Origin: Shigella phage SHSML-45
Reading direction: 5' to 3' (one strand)
Sequence record: KX130863
DNA length: 64,000 nucleotides
The notes below the pieces were generated by a model. That model made no database searches, had not been told where the DNA came from, and saw nothing but the letters and a program-made list of their open reading frames with translations. This document shows positions 9,558-18,074 of the stretch, one piece after another. Within the stretch, counting starts at the first letter, position 1. Each line of letters starts with the position of its first letter. The position numbers and the translations under genes were made by a program.

Positions 9558-10008
9558 GTTCTTCTCTCCGACGTTTGCGTTCTTTCATCATGTAAGCTGC
9601 TACAACTTCATGGTAGTAGTCGTTAATGTTACCTTCAGGCAAGAAATGCTTAATCGTTTCTAGCTGGCAGACAACACGGTAAAGATGTTTATTTGGTAAA
9701 CATAATTTCATGCCCATAACAAATCCAGAGAAGCCTGGAACACTGAACATGGGTTGGGCTTCTACGTTGCCCTCTGGATTGATACTAAGTTCAATCGAGA
9801 TGCCCATTTTCATGCTATAAAGCTGACAGCCTTCACCATTGCCAAATCTTGACCAAACAGTGAAGTCCTCATCTATCTGATCTTGGATTTCTTCGACTGC
9901 ATGTTTAATTCTAGGGTCTAAATTACTCATCTTCACCTTCAAAGCCGCAGTCATAACGGCAAGTAAAAGAATCAGAACTATTAGTACGTTGAGTAGTGAT
10001 TTCACCAC
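9511..10008 (-). CDS. hypothetical protein with N-terminal TM helix
   Basis: ORF; overlaps flanking ORFs in different frames, so boundaries are uncertain. Confidence 0.3.
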   Translation of the reverse strand: MVKSLLNVLIVLILLLAVMTAALKVKMSNLDPRIKHAVEEIQDQIDEDFTVWSRFGNGEGCQLYSMKMGISIELSINPEGNVEAQPMFSVPGFSGFVMGMKLCLPNKHLYRVVCQLETIKHFLPEGNINDYYHEVVAAYMMKERKRRREERERAKSQQSSTDSSN

Positions 10009-10288
10009 GTTTACTAACAGTAATAGCCGGAGTAGAGAAGTTTTTATTAGTATAGATTTCTACTTTGCCATTACGTTCTTTAACATCACGTACTTTACCA
10101 TATTCGGTGGTAATGCCGTTCTGTTGTATCCTAACACTACCATTTTTCATAGAAACTTTGGTAGATGCCAGAGAACCGAAACTAACTGCTGAGATTACTA
10201 GAGCAATAATAAACTTATTCATCTTCATCGTCCTCTTTACAGTCACGGCATACATCATAATCATTGAAAGAATGTTCGTGAGCTTCAC
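9923..10288 (-). CDS. secreted protein (signal peptide)
   Basis: MNKFIIALVISAVSFGSLAS signal-like segment; real start probably at an internal Met near 10222. Confidence 0.35.
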   Translation of the reverse strand: MKLTNILSMIMMYAVTVKRTMKMNKFIIALVISAVSFGSLASTKVSMKNGSVRIQQNGITTEYGKVRDVKERNGKVEIYTNKNFSTPAITVSKRGEITTQRTNSSDSFTCRYDCGFEGEDE

Positions 10289-10496
10289 ACCACCAAGAAC
10301 AAGAATCGCACAAGAAAATTTCTGTTTTCTCTATTGACTGTCCAAGCAGTTCGTCTGCTTCATCTTCTGTGATTTTCAAACTACAAACATCAGCAACACG
10401 TTTAACAATCATTTTACCTGCTTCATGATAAGACATACAAGTCCCAACAACATCATGCTCAAGTACATGAACAGCACAGTCTAAGTGAGTTTTCAT
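10215..10496 (-). CDS. Cys-rich small protein (probable zinc-binding)
   Basis: CDSCSWWC...CRDC pairs and acidic tail. Confidence 0.35.
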   Translation of the reverse strand: MKTHLDCAVHVLEHDVVGTCMSYHEAGKMIVKRVADVCSLKITEDEADELLGQSIEKTEIFLCDSCSWWCEAHEHSFNDYDVCRDCKEDDEDE

Positions 10497-10573
10497 TTCA
10501 AAGCCCTCTCTATCAATTTATATAAATATTATATCAATAAAGAGGCTCTTTAGCAAATGAATTATTTACGAAA

Positions 10574-10921
10574 TTAGTCGTAGCACCACCATAAACCACG
10601 CTTACGCATGTCATGGTCGCGATTATAATCATAATTTTCTGGATCTTTCATCACGCGGTGGAGTTCTTGACGATTCCCTTGACGAACCATTTTATTAGAA
10701 TGCCACTTAACATTCTTACTAATAGAATTCCAGTTATAACCATCCTTTTTCTCATTACGAATGGTTGCTTCCTTCATTTCTTTTTTGATGTCGTCCCAAG
10801 ATTTGGCATAAGTAACACGAATGTAGTAGCCACTTGCTTTGAGGAAAGTATATCCCTGGGTGTAATTAGCTTTAGACTTCCACCACTGATCACCAGTTTG
10901 TCTACGATAAGTACGGCTCAT
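10574..10921 (-). CDS. hypothetical protein (115 aa)
   Basis: ORF, W/Y-rich. Confidence 0.35.
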   Translation of the reverse strand: MSRTYRRQTGDQWWKSKANYTQGYTFLKASGYYIRVTYAKSWDDIKKEMKEATIRNEKKDGYNWNSISKNVKWHSNKMVRQGNRQELHRVMKDPENYDYNRDHDMRKRGLWWCYD

Positions 10922-11000
10922 ATTACCTCCATTAAGTCTTTTAAATTAACCTAATGTGGATGAATTTTATTATACATAAACTATTTTCCTGTACACAGAA

Positions 11001-11034
11001 AAACCCCAGACTACTTATTCAATAGCTGGGGTTT
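11001..11034 (-). terminator. rho-independent terminator (possibly bidirectional)
   Basis: Stem aaaccccag/ctggggttt, T-runs on both sides. Confidence 0.45.
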
Positions 11035-11042
11035 GTTATTAA

Positions 11043-11357
11043 TTACAGATCGGGGCGTTCATCTTCGAAACAGCCTGAGCTAATTCCTTCTCCGAATCCT
11101 ACAAAGCCATCAAATTCGTCATTTGAGATGCCCATAATCATTGCTTCCATTTTCCTAATCTCCGAGATTTTCATGCCTGCTTTACTATTCTTATAGTACT
11201 TGCGAGGGTTCCCACACATCCAACAAGAACAGATGCAAGGAGTAGTAGTGATAATACCTAACCGTTTAGGGCTTTCTTCATGTGGGAAGACTGTCCAATA
11301 CTTTTTGCGATTGTTCTTCACACGTTGCCGGTGATGGCGTCTCAATGCTCGATCCAC
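11043..11357 (-). CDS. Cys-rich small protein
   Basis: CICSCWMCGNP motif. Confidence 0.35.
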   Translation of the reverse strand: MDRALRRHHRQRVKNNRKKYWTVFPHEESPKRLGIITTTPCICSCWMCGNPRKYYKNSKAGMKISEIRKMEAMIMGISNDEFDGFVGFGEGISSGCFEDERPDL

Positions 11358-11438
11358 ACATTTCTCCTAAAACTTGGGAGATAAATGGAGTTTGCTCGAC
11401 TACCTTGCGTAGCTGGGAGAAATCGTATCCAAACCCCA

Positions 11439-11807
11439 TTACATCGCCTGAGTAAATGTACGACTAATAACGTCGTTCTGTTGTTCACGAGTCAGTGCGT
11501 TAAAACGTACAGCGTACCCTGAAACACGGATAGTTAATTGAGGGTATTTTTCAGGATGTTTCTGTGCATCCAAAAGCTGATCACGACTTAACACATTGAC
11601 ATTTAGGTGCTGACCTCCCTCGATTTGAGGAACTACTTCCACCTTGACTTCACGGAAGGATTCGGGGTCAAAATGTGGTGTGATACCTTCTAGATCCTCA
11701 ACCAGAACTTTTTGTTTAAGTTCACCATCTTTAGAGTACAGTTGAATAATCTGATTATCATGAACAAGATTAATTACGCCAGACTTAAGATTTTGATATG
11801 CTTTCAT
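11439..11807 (-). CDS. grcA: autonomous glycyl-radical cofactor (GrcA/YfiD-like)
   Basis: C-terminus [59 protein letters not shown] closely resembles the PFL/GrcA glycyl-radical domain (RVSGY); start placed at the Met with AGGAGA SD because the longer ORF would overlap a tRNA. Confidence 0.8.
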   Translation of the reverse strand: MKAYQNLKSGVINLVHDNQIIQLYSKDGELKQKVLVEDLEGITPHFDPESFREVKVEVVPQIEGGQHLNVNVLSRDQLLDAQKHPEKYPQLTIRVSGYAVRFNALTREQQNDVISRTFTQAM

Positions 11808-11820
11808 TAGCTCTCCTGTT

Positions 11821-11896
11821 TGGTAGTTAGTAGTGGATTTGAACCACTGTAGTCGCTCCGTATGAAGGAGGTGCATAACCACTCTGCCAACTAACT
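11821..11896 (-). tRNA. tRNA, anticodon CAT (Met, fMet or Ile2)
   Basis: Hand fold: acceptor AGTTAGT/ACTAACT, anticodon loop TTCATAC, T-arm GGTTCAAATCC, encoded CCA. Confidence 0.6.
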
Positions 11897-11992
11897 ATTA
11901 TGTTTTACTAGGCTAAGTAAGTATTCTTTATACTCTTTAGACCAACTAGCTTTTTTAAACTTTCCTGGACGCATAGCCTTAATTCCTAGATT

Positions 11993-12069
11993 TGGTACTC
12001 CGGGAGGGATTTAAACCCCCGATCTCTCGGTTATCAGCCGAGTGCTTTAGATCGCTAAGCTACCGAAGC
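11993..12069 (-). tRNA. tRNA-Ile (GAT)
   Basis: Acceptor GCTTCGG, anticodon arm CTCGG-CTGATAA-CCGAG, encoded CCA. Confidence 0.7.
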
Positions 12070-12084
12070 ATTAAAATATTTACA

Positions 12085-12375
12085 TCACACACTGTCTAAG
12101 TAAGAAGTATAGTGGAATTTAGTTTCTCCAGTATTATCTACTTCTACCTCAGTTCGTGGTACTTGACGAACCACACCATGAATCATCTTATATCGGATGC
12201 CTCTAGCTGGTTCATGATCTTTTGGAAATACTTGTTTAACCGTCACTACTTTATATTCTTCACGCGGTGTTAGCACTACTACTTGATCACCCTCTTTGAT
12301 TTTCCAAGAAGATGGAAATTCATAGGTGTATCTTTGACCACCGGTAAGGAATATAACAGAAAGATAACGTTTCAT
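12085..12375 (-). CDS. hypothetical protein (96 aa)
   Basis: ORF between tRNA genes with its own promoter-like motif upstream. Confidence 0.4.
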   Translation of the reverse strand: MKRYLSVIFLTGGQRYTYEFPSSWKIKEGDQVVVLTPREEYKVVTVKQVFPKDHEPARGIRYKMIHGVVRQVPRTEVEVDNTGETKFHYTSYLDSV

Positions 12376-12452
12376 TTGGTTTCCCTCTCATTAATTTATA
12401 TAAATATTATAGCAATAAATAAGAGAGAAAGCAAATGAGTTTTTCTTGAAAT

Positions 12453-12527
12453 TGGTAGCGGGTTCCAGTACTGCCCTGGACTTACTTAGCTTATGAGACT
12501 AAGAAGAACTCTATGCCTCCCACCCGC
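12453..12527 (-). tRNA. tRNA-like, anticodon CAT, non-canonical T-loop
   Basis: Anticodon arm TTAGT-CTCATAA-GCTAA folds, but the T-loop (GGCAGTA) and acceptor pairing are imperfect. Confidence 0.35.
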
Positions 12528-12535
12528 AATTGTTT

Positions 12536-12660
12536 GGTCATTCTAGGCAGGACTCGAACCTGCTATCACTTGTGCGGACTTACGAGAACCATTCTTTCAC
12601 TCGAATCGAACGAGCTTCTGCCCTCGCCAAGTTGGTTTCCCCATCAACCACGCTAGAATG
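12536..12660 (-). ncRNA. tRNA-like or structured RNA region (two T-arm-like motifs)
   Basis: GCAGG-TTCGAGT-CCTGC and GCTCG-TTCGATT-CGAGT T-arm-like hairpins in an ORF-free stretch; I could not fold a complete cloverleaf by hand. Confidence 0.3.
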
Positions 12661-12781
12661 TTAGATTGTTTTCAGTGCAAGAGTCCGAGTCTTGGACACG
12701 ACCGCTTCGCAAGTACATAGGCAGCTTATCATGAGTCAGCACTTCCGAATTGCTAGCTCCGTGTTCTGCACTGAAATTCTG

Positions 12782-13129
12782 TTAGTTTAATCGTAAAGTA
12801 TTATCTACTTCACCATTAATTGTTCGGCATTCCTCTGGGATTGCCGGGGTGGCCTTGTATTCCCACCACTCAGCACCATCATATTCCCCACGTTCTAGCC
12901 AAGTTCCATCGGCAAACCATACATTACCATAAAGTAATTGTCCACCGTATCCAGAATCATATTCAAAGTCTAGGTTATTAAGAAAATCCTCAATGTATTC
13001 TTCTGTATAACCTAAAGGTAATACCCAAACTTTTTTATCCCCATAATACCCGAATTCTATTTTAATACACTTAACTTTAGAATTGGTATTTTTTAAGGCG
13101 AGTAACAGCTCTTCTTTAGCATTACGCAT
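12782..13129 (-). CDS. hypothetical protein (115 aa)
   Basis: ORF, W/Y-rich. Confidence 0.4.
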   Translation of the reverse strand: MRNAKEELLLALKNTNSKVKCIKIEFGYYGDKKVWVLPLGYTEEYIEDFLNNLDFEYDSGYGGQLLYGNVWFADGTWLERGEYDGAEWWEYKATPAIPEECRTINGEVDNTLRLN

Positions 13130-13153
13130 AGTATATTCTCATACTGAATTATT

Positions 13154-13231
13154 TTGGCGCGACCGATGGGATTTGAACCCACATTCCCTCCCGTGACAGG
13201 GGAGTACCATTACCAAGCCAGCCCCGGTCGC
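13154..13231 (-). tRNA. tRNA-Asp (GTC)
   Basis: Acceptor GCGACCG, anticodon arm CTCCC-CTGTCAC-GGGAG, T-arm GGTTCAAATCC, encoded CCA. Confidence 0.7.
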
Positions 13232-13240
13232 ATAATTTAT

Positions 13241-13426
13241 TTACTCAGCTTTGAGTTTTTCAATAGCTGCATTAAGTTCTTTAAGAAACTCTTTTCGTAC
13301 ATTAAGACGATTGAGACTTACTAGTATATCATGTTTAAGTTCTTCGATGTATTTCTTCTCAACTTCAATATTGTTGATAGTGCTATCACGATGAACTTCT
13401 AGCTGCGCAATCACATTCTTGGACAT
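13241..13426 (-). CDS. small coiled-coil protein (61 aa)
   Basis: ORF. Confidence 0.3.
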   Translation of the reverse strand: MSKNVIAQLEVHRDSTINNIEVEKKYIEELKHDILVSLNRLNVRKEFLKELNAAIEKLKAE

Positions 13427-13453
13427 GCTTGTTTCCTCAGTTATTAATGAAAA

Positions 13454-13526
13454 TGGTATCTGTGGCTGAATTCGATGTCAGCAATGATAGCTGGTTGGCT
13501 ACCGGTTTACTTAACTCTACACAGAA
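13454..13526 (-). tRNA. tRNA-like (anticodon unresolved)
   Basis: Canonical 3' half (GCTGA-CATCGAA-TCAGC T-arm, acceptor, CCA) but the anticodon arm folds with a 6-nt loop. Confidence 0.35.
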
Positions 13527-13528
13527 TT

Positions 13529-13611
13529 TGGCGGGCCGTGTAGGATTCGAACCTACGTTGTCTTTCGACACGGATTAACAATCCGCCGCCAAACCGCTTG
13601 GCTAACGACCC
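13529..13611 (-). tRNA. tRNA with anticodon GTT (Asn) and an extended variable arm
   Basis: Acceptor GGGTCGT/ACGGCCC, anticodon arm GCGGA-TTGTTAA-TCCGT, 13-nt variable region, T-arm GTAGG-TTCGAAT-CCTAC, CCA. Confidence 0.5.
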
Positions 13612-13763
13612 TAAATTTATATTGCTGACTAGGATTTTCACCTAGACGGAGTTAGCACCGTAGCGTGTAGCGGCATACCTCTCCAAACCGTGCCTCATCT
13701 TTCAATTACGGAGACAGTGTTCCTACGCGTGCCTGAATTGATTTAACAATTCTTTCAGCAAAT

Positions 13764-13839
13764 TGGACGACCGCATGAGATTTGAACTCACATAAAAAGG
13801 ATTTGCAATCCTTCGCCTAAGCCATTCAGCCAACGGTCG
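13764..13839 (-). tRNA. tRNA-Cys (GCA)
   Basis: Anticodon arm AAGGA-TTGCAAA-TCCTT, T-arm GGTTCAAATC, CCA. Confidence 0.7.
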
Positions 13840-14017
13840 ATCTATCTTGTTTTTCGAGATCTTCAAATTCTAGATCATTGAAGTTCCCTAGAGTACGGGT
13901 GTAGAACCTATCTCCTGAGTCATAGCCTGATTTACCACAATCATACATTTTAAATTCACGAAGAGGTGTGAAAATGTGTTCAGAACCACAACACTTAAAT
14001 CTAACTAATCGTTTCAT
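13826..14017 (-). CDS. small protein (63 aa)
   Basis: ORF; its 3' end overlaps the tRNA-Cys call, so one of the two is misplaced. Confidence 0.25.
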   Translation of the reverse strand: MKRLVRFKCCGSEHIFTPLREFKMYDCGKSGYDSGDRFYTRTLGNFNDLEFEDLEKQDRSTVG

Positions 14018-14066
14018 TAGCTTCTCCAGTTCAATTTATGTAATTATTATATAGAACTTTTGGAAA

Positions 14067-14345
14067 CTAAGCGACTACATTTTTTAAGAATTTGATGCCT
14101 TTCTTTTTCTTCTTATATTTCCACGTTAATGGATTTTGTCGATTATGAGCGCTTGAGATCTTTGTCTCGTCAAAGTTCTTCAATATCATGTAATCACAGG
14201 ATAATTGTTCTAGTGGAATGTGATCACCGTCAAAAGCGTATACATAAGGCTGTTGACTAGCACGATAATGATAGACTTTGTTAATTCTACGTTTCAGCGA
14301 CTTATCCGCGCAGTAAATAAAGAAGTTTTCAGGATGCATCAGCAT
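14067..14345 (-). CDS. hypothetical protein (92 aa)
   Basis: ORF. Confidence 0.4.
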   Translation of the reverse strand: MLMHPENFFIYCADKSLKRRINKVYHYRASQQPYVYAFDGDHIPLEQLSCDYMILKNFDETKISSAHNRQNPLTWKYKKKKKGIKFLKNVVA

Positions 14346-14356
14346 CTACTTCAATT

Positions 14357-14440
14357 TGGTGCATCGTGATGGATTTGAACCACCAACCCCGAAGGGCACG
14401 GATTTACAGACCGCTGCAATAGACATTCTGCCAACGATGC
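14357..14440 (-). tRNA. tRNA-Tyr (GTA), class II
   Basis: Anticodon loop CTGTAAA identical to E. coli tRNA-Tyr, long variable arm GCCCTTCGGGG, T-arm GGTGG-TTCAAAT-CCATC, CCA. Confidence 0.65.
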
Positions 14441-14568
14441 ACATTTAAAAGTATTCAAATACTAGTTTAAACACTTTTAAATATGTTTCCAAATTAGATA
14501 ACTATTATACCAAGTTTTAAGGCACTGAGCAAGTCAAATTTCGAAGAACTTGCTCAGTGCTGTATTAG

Positions 14569-14844
14569 TTAGTCGAACTTAGGAGTGACAGTTAAGGAGA
14601 ACGGAAGTTCAAAAACTTCTTCCCCCTCATTACTAACTGTAACTACACGACCTTTAAGTTCAGACATTAAAATATCAATATCAGCTTTTGCATCTGGAGC
14701 CATGCCAGCTTCAACACATTTAGCTTTAACTTCCGGAAGGAGTTCTACATCGTAGAAATAAAGCCATTCAATCTCACCTTCCCAGCCTTCCCAGGATTTA
14801 CAGATTGCACTTTCAATACCAGTTGCTATAACACGATTTTGCAT
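14569..14844 (-). CDS. hypothetical protein (91 aa)
   Basis: ORF. Confidence 0.4.
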   Translation of the reverse strand: MQNRVIATGIESAICKSWEGWEGEIEWLYFYDVELLPEVKAKCVEAGMAPDAKADIDILMSELKGRVVTVSNEGEEVFELPFSLTVTPKFD

Positions 14845-14934
14845 TCGTTAACTCCTTCATCAATTTATATAACTATTATATCAGAAATTTAAAGTAAAAG
14901 GCAAGTACATTTTTAAAAATTCTATTCGGAGGAG

Positions 14935-15141
14935 CTAAACTCCAGATTCTTCGGCCAAGTCTAGACTAATAAGAGTTATAGCCATAATTGCCGCACCATG
15001 TTCTTTTTCCCCGGTGTTTTTAGCAGAGTCTATAATATCCTTAATCTGTTCGTAATAACTTTTTACTTCTTGTTCAATACCTGCCTCGGCTATCATGCCT
15101 TTAGTCATGATTCGTTGCATAGTAATTTCACGGTTAGCCAT
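14935..15141 (-). CDS. hypothetical protein (68 aa)
   Basis: ORF; a possible unlisted 39-codon ORF (15133-15249) overlaps its start in an ATGGCTAA arrangement. Confidence 0.35.
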   Translation of the reverse strand: MANREITMQRIMTKGMIAEAGIEQEVKSYYEQIKDIIDSAKNTGEKEHGAAIMAITLISLDLAEESGV

Positions 15142-15316
15142 GATGTTTCTCCAGCTTCATTTTTAATAGTTTACAAATGAAGTCAACGTCTTCATCTGTG
15201 CCTAGATCTCTATCTTCAAGAGTTGCCTTGAAGTTTTTCGTTAGTTCCATAAGAACTACTTCTCTAGAACGACGTGTTGGCGGGGGTGGATGTCTATACA
15301 TCTTATTTCCTTAATT

Positions 15317-15391
15317 TGGTGGGTCGGAGGAGAATCTAACTCCTACTCGTTAGCTTATGAGGCCACCGCTTTAACTTTAAGCTACCGACCC
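15317..15391 (-). tRNA. tRNA, anticodon CAT (Met-type)
   Basis: Acceptor GGGTCGG/CCGACCC, anticodon loop CTCATAA, encoded CCA; T-loop is non-canonical (TTAGATT). Confidence 0.5.
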
Positions 15392-15397
15392 TATGTT

Positions 15398-15486
15398 TGG
15401 CGGAAGAAGGGGGAATCGAACCCACAAGGCTATATTTCAAACCGACAGATTAGCAATCTGCTGCAATACCGTTATGCTATTCTTCC
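15398..15486 (-). tRNA. tRNA-Ser (GCT), class II
   Basis: Acceptor GGAAGAA, anticodon arm GCAGA-TTGCTAA-TCTGT, long variable arm, T-arm TGGG-TTCGATT-CCCC, CCA. Confidence 0.7.
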
Positions 15487-15507
15487 GAATTTATAAGATA
15501 TATTATA

Positions 15508-16026
15508 TTAGAAATTTAGCTTCATGGCAAGAAAATTTTTCAAGTTTTCGGTAGACATCTCATCCACATCTATAGGAGAAACAAACCCATTTAATTGTCT
15601 AGCAAACTTTTCGCCAGCAGGATCATTATCCCCAACAGCTACCAATTTAAAAGGTAGTAATTTCAATTGCTTTAATAGCGGTTTTCCTGGAGAAGAACCC
15701 AACATTGCTAGAGCAGGATACCCAGCATTATGTAATGCTACAGCCTTAAATACAGATTCAGCAATTAATACTACTTTTTCATCCCCATTGAGAGTTTCTA
15801 GTCCCCATACACACTGTGTAGTAGAATAAGTAAAATATCTAGCTTCAAAGGGGCACTTACCATGACCTTTTGGAGCAGAAGGATTATAAGTCTGATAGCC
15901 TCTCAACATTCCAGAGAAGTCATACAATGGGACTGTTAGCCATCCTTCTGGGCTTAACCAGCAGTGATATTTATCTGTATCAAACCCTCTAGATAAGAGA
16001 TGTTCTGTTAGTTCATCAATAGTCAT
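15508..16026 (-). CDS. hypothetical protein with Toprim-like DxD segment
   Basis: KLVAVGDNDPAGEKFA resembles a Toprim acidic motif; start moved to the Met with GAGAGGAA SD (MTIDELTEHL). Confidence 0.4.
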   Translation of the reverse strand: MTIDELTEHLLSRGFDTDKYHCWLSPEGWLTVPLYDFSGMLRGYQTYNPSAPKGHGKCPFEARYFTYSTTQCVWGLETLNGDEKVVLIAESVFKAVALHNAGYPALAMLGSSPGKPLLKQLKLLPFKLVAVGDNDPAGEKFARQLNGFVSPIDVDEMSTENLKNFLAMKLNF

Positions 16027-16246
16027 ACTAGATTCCTCTCTCAAATTTATAAATATATTATGCAGAGAATTTAGCATTCAAGCAATTGAATTTTTTAACT
16101 TTTTAGAGGAAAATCACAGGATGCTTAAGGGTAGCAGGTAAGTGGGTAGACCCCAAAATTGTTATCCCCACTTGATTTTCAATGTGATATAGTGTAAAGT
16201 ATTTGTCATAGCTGAGTGACCAAAGAGACACACTTATCCTCTACCT

Positions 16247-16287
16247 TAAAACAGAAAAGCCCTGCGCTCTCCAGGGAACACAGGGCT
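16247..16287 (-). terminator. rho-independent terminator
   Basis: gccctg...cagggc stem followed on the minus transcript by UUUUCUGUUUU. Confidence 0.45.
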
Positions 16288-16311
16288 TACTTCGAATATT
16301 ACGTGTGGGAA

Positions 16312-17259
16312 TTACTTGTTACGCATATCCATAATCATCTGGCCATCGTAACCAGTGCCAACTACTGTTTGAGGTACACCGCCTTGATATTTCTGAGCAC
16401 GAATCATTTCAACTTCTAGTTGTTTCCAGCGAATCATCTCAGGAGTAATAGTACGTTGCAGAGCGGCGTTAGCTTCGGCTTCCTTCTTAGCTGCGTACAG
16501 TTTAGCATCTGCATCACGTTCGTTTGCAATAGCTTGGTTGTTACGAGCTTCACGATCTGCTTCTGCTTGTTTAACCTTCTGCTGTGCTTCTTGTTCAACA
16601 CGAGCCAACTCAGCTTTCGCAGCATTAACTTGTTCCTCACGAACTTTGGTATTCTGTACCTGTTCCACGATTACAGGCGGCAAAGTAATATCCTGAAGGA
16701 ACACTTGCTTAACTGTGTAACCATAAGGGCGTGCATACTCTTCAACTTCCTGTTGAATTGCGGTTTGTAATTGAGCCTGGATTTTAGCATCAAACAAATC
16801 TTGTGCTTTAGGAACAGACTTACCGAACTCACGAATAGTGGACAGTAATTTTTCAGTTACATATTTGTCTAATGCTTGATCCTGGGTACCTGCGTTAATA
16901 CGGTTAATCGGTGCCTTAGAACCATCAAACTGCAACATAACAGTCAGGTCAACAGTGGATTTAAACTTATCCTGACTAGGAACCTGAAGTTTATCTAATT
17001 TTACAGCAATGTCTTTTGTACTAAAAGTATCGAAAGATGCAAATGGGTTTACAAGATGAAAACCAGGTAATACAGGATTAGGGTCTACTTTACCCAGAAA
17101 TGTTTGGGTTTTAACCGTACCATCAGAAACAATAGTATATGAATTAAAAGCTAGGATTAAACCTGCTAAACCAACTACAGCACCAATACCCCAACGTTTA
17201 ATAGTGCGAATTACTTTTTGCTCAGAAGTCAGTTCTTTCATATTTTTAGTATTAAACAT
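16312..17259 (-). CDS. SPFH/band-7 (prohibitin/HflC-like) membrane protein
   Basis: N-terminal TM (GIGAVVGLAGLILAF), SPFH-like core, then an Ala/Glu/Gln-rich coiled coil (EQVNAAKAELARVEQEAQQKVKQAEADREARNNQAIA) as in HflK/HflC. Confidence 0.65.
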   Translation of the reverse strand: MFNTKNMKELTSEQKVIRTIKRWGIGAVVGLAGLILAFNSYTIVSDGTVKTQTFLGKVDPNPVLPGFHLVNPFASFDTFSTKDIAVKLDKLQVPSQDKFKSTVDLTVMLQFDGSKAPINRINAGTQDQALDKYVTEKLLSTIREFGKSVPKAQDLFDAKIQAQLQTAIQQEVEEYARPYGYTVKQVFLQDITLPPVIVEQVQNTKVREEQVNAAKAELARVEQEAQQKVKQAEADREARNNQAIANERDADAKLYAAKKEAEANAALQRTITPEMIRWKQLEVEMIRAQKYQGGVPQTVVGTGYDGQMIMDMRNK

Positions 17260-17270
17260 ATATTTCCTTA

Positions 17271-17471
17271 TTATTTAGAAGAGTTAGCTACTACAGTTAC
17301 TTTAGTTGCAGAAATAAACAGGCTAGCATCCACAGCAAATTCAGGAGCTTTGATATCTCCATTATGAAATATGACTATACCGGAGACTACTTCAAATGCT
17401 AGTGCTGTAACATCGGTGGTATTTACTTGTGAATGTTCACCTACTACTTTTACTATATATCGTGTTTTCAC
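17271..17471 (-). CDS. small protein (66 aa)
   Basis: ORF directly upstream of the SPFH gene. Confidence 0.35.
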   Translation of the reverse strand: MKTRYIVKVVGEHSQVNTTDVTALAFEVVSGIVIFHNGDIKAPEFAVDASLFISATKVTVVANSSK

Positions 17472-17497
17472 TTTATTTTCCTAGCAGTTAATAAAAT

Positions 17498-17572
17498 TGG
17501 CCGAGGTGACAGGATTCGAACCTGCATAAAGGAATTTAGAAGACTCCTGCCTCTCCCTTAGACTACACCCCG
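17498..17572 (-). tRNA. tRNA-Arg (TCT)
   Basis: Acceptor CGGGGTG/CACCTCG, anticodon arm GGAGT-CTTCTAA-ATTCC, T-arm GGTTCGAATCC, CCA. Confidence 0.7.
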
Positions 17573-18074
17573 TTTAAGTATTTTTAAGAACTCTCGTAAA
17601 AACTCTTAAAAATACAGACGATACCGGGAGAGTCATAAGTCTCACTCATTAAGTATTTCAAGACAAAATACAGTAACGTCTATTATTTTCCAGTTTAAGT
17701 CAAGGTGACTTAGTGGTTATGTCCTGCGGTATACTGAGGACTCGGTTAGGTTAGGGTCATGACTCCCCACCTTTTGCTGCTACTCAACAGGAGTTATCGC
17801 GAATTACCTGTGCTATTGTGCACCATTAGTGACATCTCTCATGTCAGCATTTCCCACTTTGTGGATAGCTTGAAAAACTACTCCGATATGGAGAAAGAAC
17901 TTCACTATCCTAGAATACCTTCTAAAGTTCTTCTTTAGCCTGGACATAGTTAAATCGTAATAAAACTATTCAGCAGACTGGTTGGTTAGTCTGGAACCAA
18001 CTACCGCGTGGTTTAGGCAGTGCGCAACTAACCTCGGAAGCTTTTACGTTAAAAGCACCAGTTATCCAGTTCTT

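Noticed and set aside
11439-11882. Longer 147-aa version of the GrcA-like ORF starting at 11882
   Set aside because: The first 60 nt would overlap the tRNA (CAT) at 11821-11896; an internal Met at 11807 has a strong AGGAGA SD and gives a GrcA-sized product
15290-15496. Plus-strand 68-aa ORF
   Set aside because: It sits exactly over two minus-strand tRNA genes (15317-15391 and 15398-15486)
16420-16770. Plus-strand 116-aa ORF and minus-strand 68-aa ORF inside the SPFH gene
   Set aside because: Embedded in or antisense to a well-supported 315-aa ORF
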